A stretch of 58,134 nucleotides of DNA, counting the filler, from Fonticula-like sp. SCN 57-25 (lineage: Eukaryota), in the NCBI GenBank assembly GCA_001724245.1. It is 5 parts of 5 records of this genome, joined end to end, with 100 filler letters (N's around TTAATTAATTAA, not from the genome) between each part and the next. Parts side by side here need not be neighbours in the genome. Positions count along the whole stretch, not along the records: positions 46,629 to 58,134 come from MEDX01000199.1; 4 more parts are not named here. One strand, written 5' to 3'. The notes beneath the pieces are model-generated. The model saw only the letters and a program-made list of their open reading frames with translations. It was not told the origin of the DNA and ran no database searches. The first letter of the stretch is position 1. The number at the start of each line of letters is the position of its first letter. Position numbers and translations under genes: made by a program. This document shows, in pieces, positions 48,684 through 58,134 of this stretch.

Positions 48684-49062
48684 GCTAAGCCTCGACTACC
48701 TCGGCCACGATTCCAGGGGTGCTCGGGACGAAAGGAAAGAAATGCAAACCCCACCCGGATTTCTCACTACCTTTGCCAATATCCCCGATATACGTCTCCC
48801 CCGGCGACTTGGAGAAATAGGTAGAGGTGTCTTTAATGTGCTGGGCCGCCCACCCTCTCGGGATCTTGCGGGGAGGGGAGGAGGGTTCAGCCTCTTCCAA
48901 TAGAACACAAGAAAGAAAAAATTGTTCTCGATGCACGCCATTGGCGGATAATTTGGCGGGAAAAATTGACAGATTGAGGGTCTCGAATGCCATTGGCCAG
49001 CTCGGATTGCAGCCCACTCATTGGCCGTGAAGTGCACACTACCTAGCCGTGGCGGTGCAGGG

Positions 49063-50430
49063 ATGGGCGAGCGGTTGCCGGTTGTGTCGTTGCGCGAGCT
49101 GCTCGATAGCACACGGCGGCCTGTTCCCACGCGTAGTTTGGCCGCGCAGCTTGGGTTGCAGTCTTCATCGAATTCGCAGCCGGTTGCGCCACCATCTGTC
49201 GACGATGCGCCTCCGGCCACTGCCGCGCCCCAAAAGCCGCCGAAGAGGAGTCTTCGCCAGATATTGAGCGGCAGCAGTAGCAGCCAGGTCTCTGAGCCTG
49301 AAGAGCGGGATCCCGATGCTTTGGTCGCGGAGGCTTTGACGCGGATCGCCACGCAGAATGTGGCTGCCTTCAAGGATGCTATTGCCGACAAAGAAGCGGT
49401 GGCAATTAGAGAAGTGGTTGCCGTCAAGAAAGTAAACGACACCAGTGATCAAGCCGAATCAGAAAAAGAAGAAGAGCACGATATATATTTTCTTCCGCCG
49501 AAAACGAAGCGCCGCAGGACTATACGCGAAACGGCGGTGCGCTGCGGATCGCTCTCAACCTCGCGCGATGCTGACCGGTTCATTTCCGCAGAGATTCAAC
49601 GCGCGGGTAGAACGTGCGCTGAACCAGCGAATGTACCTTATTGACAGACAGGTTGTTACTCCGCTTGAGAAGGAGGAGTTCAAGGTGCTCGGCTCGACGG
49701 GCAATGTGTACAAGGTGACCGTGGAGCAGTCCCCCTCGTGCTCGTGCCCCGACAGCAGAAAGGACAACCGCTGCAAGCATATCGTACGCCCTCGCACCGC
49801 CTTTCTGCGTCTTGTTTACCCTCTGCGCAGCTGTTTGTATTGATTCGCGTGCTTCGACTGCCGGAGGATTCGCCTCTACTATGGGAGACGTTTTTTCAGC
49901 ATGATGAACTGGAAGACATGCTTTCTCAGGCGCCACCGCAGACCCTCCTCTCTGTCCTTGTACGCCTTTGCCTTTCACCGACGTGTGCTGAATCGCCGAT
50001 GCCATTGCAGGCGAGCGAGCGAGTGCGCGACGCGTACGAGGCCCTTGTGAGCGGCAAGGGCGCCAAGGTGGAGCGCAAGTCGCTCGACTGCGAGTGCCCC
50101 ATCTGCATGGAGGACATGGCCGAGTCGCCGGTCGAGCTGGTCGCGTACTGCGCTGTGTGCGGCAACAACATTCACAAGGACTGCCTTACGCGGTGGCTTT
50201 CGCAAAGTGTGGGCCGCACGTGCGTCTATTGCCGGCAACCGTGGACGGACGGTGGCTCGCCCCTCGCCGCGGCCGGCGAGGCAAACACAAACGAGGGTTA
50301 CGTCAACCTGTCGCACGAGGCCGACATGTCAAGAGAGCGCCGTACGAGGAAAAACGGGTATAATGATATACTTGTAATTAACATGCTTTTAGATTATTAT
50401 AGCCGCACTCGTCGATGGGGCTACAACTAA
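49063..50430 (+). CDS. SWIM zinc finger + RING finger protein (MEKK1 N-terminus/ZSWIM2-like putative E3 ligase)
   Basis: RALNQRMYLI...FKVLGSTGNVYKV...SCSCPD...CKHI|LFVL (SWIM); CPICMEDM...CAVCGNNIHKDCLTRW...CVYCRQPW (RING). Confidence 0.88.
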
Positions 50431-50478
50431 CCACGAGATATTGTGTCGTGTATATTACATCATTGTACAAATGTCATT

Positions 50479-51823
50479 CTATTGCATCGAATTTATGTTT
50501 TGCAGGGCGATGAGCAGCAAATGCGTGACGTCCCCTTTCCTCTCCTCATACGAGTTGAGGAACGCAAAGGCGGGTGCATAGAGCGCACCGAGGCGCACCG
50601 CTCGATCCACCGCGTCGCGGGGGACGGCCATGAGAAGCTCGCGCAGCCGTGGGACGTCCCGCAGATCCACACGCACGGCCATGTGGTCCCAGGGGACAAG
50701 CTCATGGAAGGGCGGCACGACGTCGTCCCCGATGATCACAGGAACGCAGCCGTAAAAGAGGGACTCGACCGGCCGCGGCGTCCACAAATAAAACCCGGGT
50801 GGGCACAGGCAGAACGTCGCACCAAGGGCCTAAACGCCTAAAAGTCAACAAAAGGGGGGCAAAAACGACGTACATACGCGCTCAAAGTCGCTGTCGCGGT
50901 CATTTTCTATGAGAATGTCGCCCGACTGGCCGTATAGTTCAAAGAGGAGCTGCCGCACGCCAAAGCTGTGGTGCCAGTACGGCCGGATGACACCCTTGAA
51001 CGCCGCTAGAAGCGGCCGCATTGGCGACGCGCGCGCTCCAAGCGCCTGACGTGCGTGTCCCGTCAGCGAGGGCGGGATGATAATGTGCCGGCGGGGCTGC
51101 GCTCGCGTCAGCGTGGATGACGCAAGAAAGGGACGCGCACATTATACCCAAGGCGCCGGTTTCCGTGCGACAGCAAGAGGACGGGGTCGCCGGGCGGTAG
51201 CACGTTGCCTTCCAGGGCCTCGTAGGCAAACCCATGCGTAATGGCAAATATGTGGTCGCGGCCGCCGCGGCGGCGCCACAAGTTCTTATCGAGATGCCGA
51301 GCGGCTGTGCGAGATCAGCAAGTGCGCGCAGGAGGGGATCTTGCCGAGGGATCTCGCACCTATAGAGAATGCCTCTCGGTACATAGAGAGGCTGTACGGC
51401 TCGCCCGTGGCTATTGTCCTCGAGCATGCGTATTTGTTGGCGTACACGGGAATGTAGATAAAGTCGGCCTGCCGGTTCCATTAGCGTACGATCGCCGTCG
51501 CCGAATGGTACCTTTTCGGGCGTGTCAACACGCGCGCTGCTCCGGAGCAACAGCTCGTGTAAATGAACCTCCATGTCAAACAAGTGGTTCATTGGGCCCA
51601 TTTTGCAGGCGGCCACCGAGACGTTGAGGACGCTCGACGTGACATCGGGCACCGCTTCGGCGACGAATCTGATGCGCATGAGTATCGTAAACATCTCGTA
51701 TTCTGCGCACATGGAAACCGACGGGCGGTCCGCAAACAGTTGACTAAACTGCGCGTGCTCGTCGCGTGCGGCTGCCTGCACGGCCAGGCACGCGATGATC
51801 ACCGCCGTTGCGATGGTCAGCAT
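50479..51823 (-). CDS. Exostosin-family (GT47) glycosyltransferase, multi-exon
   Basis: Signal/anchor; EVHLHELLLRS...TPEKADFIYIPVY; WRRRGGRDHIF; FCLCPPG...WTPRPVESLFYGCVPVIIGD...PPFHELVPW. Confidence 0.88.
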
Positions 51824-51968
51824 TTCAAAGTGTCAATCCGTCATCGAGGCGCTCACCTTGCGCTTCCTATTGGTCGATTCTGGGTCGAATGCCCAACACG
51901 ATGGTCACAGCTGTGTCTCTGCGATGGAGCAAATATGGTAAAGTGTTCTATTGAATACATCATTTAAA

Positions 51969-53114
51969 TCATGCGGGCATGTTGGCAAGAGGCAGCGGGC
52001 GAATAAAATGCACGCTCTCGTCCCATGATGCCGTTGCCATCTGGCCCGGCACGAACAAGTTAAAGTCGATGCCGCACGCGAATCCTGCGTGCCGATCGTA
52101 CACATCGAGAAGCGGCGCTGGCTACAGAATGACACAGGTACTTCAGCATCGCCGCAAGCGGCCAAAAGTGCAATAGGGCGTACCTGCGAGTAGTCCCATA
52201 ACCTCACCGTGGTGTCGTAAGACGCAGTGGCGATGATGTTTCCGTGGTGCGGATCGCACTTGACGCGCCGTACGGCGTTCGTGTGCCCCTCGAGCCTCGC
52301 AAGCGGCTGAAGCGGGCTCCTCAGGTCCCACACGCACGCCGTGCGGTCCGCCGACGCCGTGACAATTGTATTATTCTTGTACTTGTTCCAGTCGAGGCTG
52401 AGCACCTCGTGGTTGTGTGCGCGGAGCGTGAACGGCGCCCCGCCGCCCCGCGTGTCCCACACCTTTACGGTCGTGTCTCCCGACGCGGACGCCATCACAG
52501 CCGCGTCCGACGGCGACCATTGCACCGTGTACACACACCCGGTGTGCTCGCCGAAGGACGCCAGCGCGGTCGGGCGAAGCGGATCCCACTACATGGGGAT
52601 GCAAAGGTCAGCTAAAAGCGGACGATCGCAGGAAAAGCGCACCAGTTTGACAGTGAGATCCCACGATGAAGACGCAAACGTGTCTTTTGAGATAAAGTTC
52701 CAGGCGACGCCAAACACCTCCCGCGTATGCCCCGCAAACTGCTGCACCGGGTGCTCGGGCACGGTCACATCCCACAGGCGGATGTTGCCGTCGCCGCCAC
52801 CAGTCACCACGTGGCGCTCATTCGACTCGCTCCAGCAGCAGTCAAACGTGCCGTCCTGCGTCATGTACGTCTTCTCTACGAGCACGCCGGCCGGCCCAAC
52901 GCGCCCAACCAGCAGCTGGCCATTGCCCACAATGCCAAAGTGCTGCGCGGCACTCACCGCAAATAGGCCTTCATCAAACGGGCTAAATTGTACCTGGTCG
53001 CAATTTAACGTCAATAATGCATTCAACACGAGGGAGACAACCGCGCAGGCCGCAACGCACAGAATTGGGCGCAAAAGGAGCCGTCCGCAGCACCGCACCC
53101 GCCGGCACCGACAT
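51969..53114 (-). CDS. PEX7: Peroxisomal targeting signal 2 receptor (WD40)
   Basis: QFSPF...SAAQHFGIVGNGQL, TQDGTFDCCWSESNE, SSSWDLTVKLW, AHNHEVLSLDWNKY, GHTNAVRRVKCDPH, ASYDTTVRLW. Confidence 0.93.
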
Positions 53115-53130
53115 GGCGCGCAATGACAAG

Positions 53131-53138
53131 TCACGTGA
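53131..53138. promoter_or_regulatory. TCACGTGA E-box immediately upstream of PEX7, followed by CCAAT
   Basis: GTCACGTGAT lies ~17 bp from the PEX7 ATG. Confidence 0.5.
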
Positions 53139-53793
53139 TTTCCATGGGCTCAGCCAATAAGAATGCGCCATTTGTGTATCGCGCATTCCCGGACCATTTT
53201 GGGTGCTTTTTCGGCCAGTCTGCCCCGTTCTATTCAATATCTGACACTTTCCGCTGGGTATATGTAACGCATCGTTCGCGCCTTGGGGCGTTTCCCTCGG
53301 CCGTCCCTCGACACTGCCTTCAGCTGGAGCCTGTCCCTGATCTCGCGATCTGATTGGTCCACATCACCCACATGGCCAGAGGGTCCCGTACGCCCCCCCC
53401 CGAACCGGTTTGCTAGCTGTTCCAAACATAGCGAGGGGACCCAAAACAACACCCCCCGAAGCAATGTCAGTACCAATTTTTTTCTCGTTCCTTTTCTTGT
53501 TTGGACCTTCCTCGCAGGTGAAGTTTCTGTGAACCGGTGCTGCTTTTTTCTAGCGTCGCCGTTGCCACAGTTTACTTCCAAACCTGTACGCCCTTTTTTT
53601 TATTATGCCAGCTGGTTTATTTGGGCGAGCGCCTATTTTTGCATATTTTCGCCTCGCCTTCTTCGGTATTAACACCCCCTTTCTTAGTTTTGTGCCTTTT
53701 CCCTTTCGTCTCCATTTCGACGAAGAGTAAAGTTTAGACGTACGTCGGGCCACCCTTTTTTCTTTGCCATTCCATTTGTTGTAGCGGCGTTGA

Positions 53794-54524
<731 letters not shown>

Positions 54525-54832
54525 ACGCGAGAAAAGAAAGAAGGAGGTCCTGCTGTAAGCGAGCAGTGATTATGCTTTTTGTTCATTTGTATTCCCGTCT
54601 TTCGATTCCACGAGTCGCTCTTTACTTTTCTTTTTACATCCATATGCTGTCGTTTTGTGACCGTGCTTTGTCGCTCTCTGCCTTTGCTATTCTTCAAAAC
54701 CCGTCTGCAAACAAAACATCAATGGACGAGCACCTGGCACAACTTGCGTATCCTGGTCCACATTATAGATTAAAAGTATCTACAAAAAGAGGATATAACC
54801 CTAGCGGGTAGAAAGGAGGAATATATTTATGA

Positions 54833-57124
54833 TCAGTGGTACTTGCCGGCAAAGTTGGCCGACGCGTCCGAGAGGCGCTTGTTGAACCAATGGTTGGCGA
54901 GGTCGTCCTCGTCCGCGCGCAAAAAGTCCAGCAGGTCGAGGCTCTCCCGCATGCCCTGGTGCTGCAGGATGCCCTTGAGGTACACGTTGAGGTTCTCCAT
55001 GCGCTCCTTGGACACCTTTTGTATGTGGCTGCGCCCAATGAAAATTTTGGGCGGGAAGGGTGGCAGAAGCGTGTTGGGGTATCTCATCTTGAGCGTCGTA
55101 TGCAGCTCGAGAAACTGCCTGTGAAAAGAGAGGCGCGGGTGTTAGGCGTCAGAGCAGCGAGAGAGCGAGCTGCGCACTTGTAGCGGCGGAACACTGGAAT
55201 TGGGTCCTCGACGGGCTGCGTCGAGTTGGGCGCCAGGCGCATGACGCGCAGCTCGTACGCATAGTACTTTTCGGGATCGTGGCGCTTTTCAAAATTGACG
55301 ACGGAAATGTCGTGAATCGTCGTGAGTTCTGTTTCGGCGCTTGGCACGCGCGGCTTGCCCTCATCAACGTCCTTGCGCACATGGTCGGCCCCTGCATCGC
55401 GGTGAGCACAGCGAGAAAGCAAAAAGTAAAACTGGGGATACGCACCGATCTGCTTGGACGTGGCCGGCGCGGGCCCGAGCTCGTTCAGGTACTTTTGCCC
55501 CACGGCGCTGTAGAAGAAGCGCGGGAAGACGTCGTTCTGCAGCTGCTGGTAGACGAGCGCCTGCGCTTCGTCAAACATGTTGAGGCTGATGCTCAGCGAT
55601 TCCAAGCGCGCAGCCAGAGCGCGCTTCATCTCACGCGGAACGTCGACGGCCAACTCGGCGTCGTCGGAAAGGTACTTTTGGTACAGGCTCTTGGCGTACC
55701 CAATGGCGTCAGTCGTGGTTGCTGCGCGGCACATTTTTTAGTTCGCTGCAATGCCGGTCGAGCGACGCACCTTTGACATGCTGGAACTGGCGCACGTCGA
55801 GCCAAAACAGCATCTTTTCGACGGTATAATCGTCCACCGAAAAGGCGCACAGGTAGTCGACGCCCTTGTCGGTCGCGAGGACGCCGTCGAGCGACCGCGG
55901 GTCATTCGCGCGCGGCATCGGCTCCTCCTCCGACACTGCGAATCACAACACGCTAAGCATTGGGCATTCGCGTATTCACAGCAAGACGTACTTTCCATCG
56001 AAAGCATGAGGCCATCAAGCATGCTCTGGCGCGCCTCGGCCTTGGCGGGCTTGCTTTCCGTGGCCGGCGGCAGCGCCGGTGGGGCTTCCACGGGCTTTGG
56101 TGGCGCGGCGACGAGAGGCGCAGGCAGAGGAACGTCGGCGGCCGACATGCTAAAGGTCAGCGGCGGCGGAAGAGGTGGCGAAGGCATAGAGGGCGTGGGC
56201 CGAGGCGGCGGGGGAACAGACGGTGGCGAATAGTTTGTGGCGAGCAGTTTGGCGATGTTTGGCAGCTCGCGCCGGAAGAGGACAGAGTCGCGCGAGACGC
56301 ACGACGAGCACACGGGCGCCTCATTGCGCTGGTAGGAGCGCGTCGCGCCCTGAATGACGCGCTGGCAGTGCTGGCACTTGAAGCACGCCGCGTGGAAATG
56401 CCGCCCAAACTGGGCGAGGCCGTCGGCAACAATGGGCAGTGAGCAGGTGTGGCACTTTGGCGAGCCTAGCAGCATTGTCAGCAAGTGCACATGAACCTAT
56501 ATCATGTACGAACAAGAAAGGCAAATGGGGCGGCCGTCGGGGCCGAGGCCAAACTGCTGGCCGTTCACGGCCGCGTCGCACGTGGCGCATCGCATGCAGC
56601 TGATGTGGTAGCAGCGGTCGTTGTAGCGCACAAAGAGGGACGTCGGATCAAGCTCCTCGTGGCAGCTTGCGCACTGTTCCACCTTGACCACGGGCGGCTT
56701 GCTCTGCTCCATGGCCTGCAACACATTCTTGCAAAGCAGCGCGATGCCCTGCAGCATACTGATGAGCGCGGCCTTGCGGCGGCGATCCTCGGTCGAATCT
56801 ACACTCGGGCTCGCAACAAGCCCGCGCGCATCCTGTAGGCAAATGCGCAGAGCAGTCGAGAGGGCGTCGACGTGCCGCAGGATTGGTGTGCGGGCTGAGG
56901 GCGGTCGAGGCGGTCGGTCAGCTCCATTTACACTAGCCAAAGCACGTACCCGCCTTGTCGCTGGGCGCAGTCCTTAGCGTTTCCTCCATTAAGCTTTTCA
57001 CAGCAGCGGCGAATTCGGTAAGTTTAGTAATATACACCGACGCCTCAGAAAGGCTCGCCTTGGAGAGCGCCACCATGCTCGCCACCACGCGGCGCTGCTC
57101 TTCGGCCAGCGCACCGGTGTCCAT
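54833..57124 (-). CDS. Multidomain scaffold: FAT-like helical bundle, 2 LIM, Pro-rich linker, LD-like motif, RGS, PX (7 exons)
   Basis: Six short introns join all parts in frame. LIM: CASC...YHISCMRCATC...ICLSC and CHTC...FHAACFKCQHC...CSSC. RGS: VEKMLFWLDVRQF...LYQKYL...MFDEAQALVYQQLQNDVFPRFFYS. PX: FEKRHDPEKYYAY...FRRYKQFLELH...PPFPPK...RSHIQKVSKER...DFL. Confidence 0.85.
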
Positions 57125-57556
57125 GGCGAAGCTGTTGTTGTTTTGAGTTGCCCACAATGCTGCGACAGGTATGGCTATTGTCACCCCCAACTGTACCCTG
57201 GACGAATCTTGTTGTTCATTTGGTCAGGGGTGAGCCAATGGGAATGAGTCACATCGGTGTTGGATCTTGCGCATGTGATTGGCTGTCCAACTGGCTTTGC
57301 AATTTTCCTTTCGTCTCACCGAAAATGGCGCGGACTGACGTTGGCCATATTGCGCCATGTTAACAATCGAGTAATTAGGGGGGGTTCTTGGTCGAATCTG
57401 CCAAATAGTTGTTATTGGGTCTATTGTAACCGTGAGGACGGTTGGTCCAAAAAGCGGAACGATTGAAAGATGCAGGCCCCCTTAGGAATCACCATATTGG
57501 GCCATGTGTTTGAAATCGTGCCGAAAAAAGGGCCTCTGAGCTCACATTGGGGTGGT

Positions 57557-57595
57557 CCAATATGCAATCCCCCAAACTGGTGACAAGGTATAAAA
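57557..57595 (+). promoter_or_regulatory. CCAAT + TATA core promoter of the YABBY/HMG-like gene
   Basis: CCAAT at 57557 and TATAAAA at 57589-57595, about 75 bp before the ATG at 57670. Confidence 0.55.
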
Positions 57596-57669
57596 GCCAG
57601 TGTAACTTGCAGGGCCACACTTTTTAGCACTACCTCTCGTCCCCGACCAGATCGTTTGCACACAACAAC

Positions 57670-57979
57670 ATGCCTAAGGCTAAGACTACCAAGAAGGCCG
57701 CCGGTGAGGGTGCGTGCTCCAGATCGCTTCCTCGAGCGATGCAGGTTTCTAACTGCGGTGCTTTTTGATATAGGTGGCAAGCGCCCCCTCACTGCCTACA
57801 ACAAGTTCATGCAGGAGGAGCTCGCCCGCATGAAGGCCGCCAACCAGTCGCTCGACCACAAGGCCGCCTTCAAGGCCGCCGCCGCCAACGTACGCCCCCG
57901 CTGCTCTTGCACCCTTGATAGATCGCCAAACGCTGACACACACTCGCAGTGGCAGAAGCACAAGGAGAGCCAGAAGTGA
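57670..57979 (+). CDS. Small basic YABBY/HMG-box-like DNA-binding protein (~60 aa, 3 exons)
   Basis: MPKAKTTKKAAGE|GGKRPLTAYNKFMQEELARMKAANQSLDHKAAFKAAAAN|WQKHKESQK* fits the YABBY motif AYN.F.KEE..R.K...P...H..AF..AA.NW. Confidence 0.85.
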
Positions 57980-58134
57980 GCGATGTCGCCATGCGGCCTT
58001 TGCTCCTTTGTTGCCTCTTCCTGTTCCATTCGTCGTTGTGTTCCGGTCCGTTTTAACGCACGGGGACGCGTCGATGGGCGCAGTCCCCTGCCGTGTTTGT
58101 AGTATGCAATAGTATTTCGCAAAACATTTATGGT

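Overview
This is eukaryotic, GC-rich, gene-dense DNA with many short spliceosomal introns (mostly 40-65 bp, GTRCGY donors, CTRAC branch sites). It is not one locus: five contigs of about 11.5 kb are joined by artificial 100-bp spacers (44 N + TTAATTAATTAA + 44 N), so adjacency across spacers is meaningless. Gene content (spectrin-type protein, IP3 receptor, vezatin, FAT/LIM scaffold) suggests a unicellular opisthokont, probably a holozoan relative of animals (inference). Recognisable genes: tandem START-domain protein, secreted unknown, vezatin, UTP20, spectrin/alpha-actinin-like giant, IP3 receptor, PIKfyve/Fab1 (3' part), RanBP9/10 (5' part), copine-vWA, NUP205, POLR3B, SWIM-RING protein, GT47 exostosin, PEX7, ARF1 and a YABBY/HMG-like mini-protein. 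Four items stand out. (1) A telobox Myb domain fused to an archaeal-type MC1 chromatin domain, visible only after manual splicing. (2) A single-chain beta+alpha 'unsplit' spectrin of 3075 aa. (3) A FAT-like/LIM/LIM/LD-motif/RGS/PX scaffold. (4) An IP3 receptor with a GGGVGE filter and a degenerate activating Ca2+ site. All homology calls are by eye from recalled family motifs; no searches were run.
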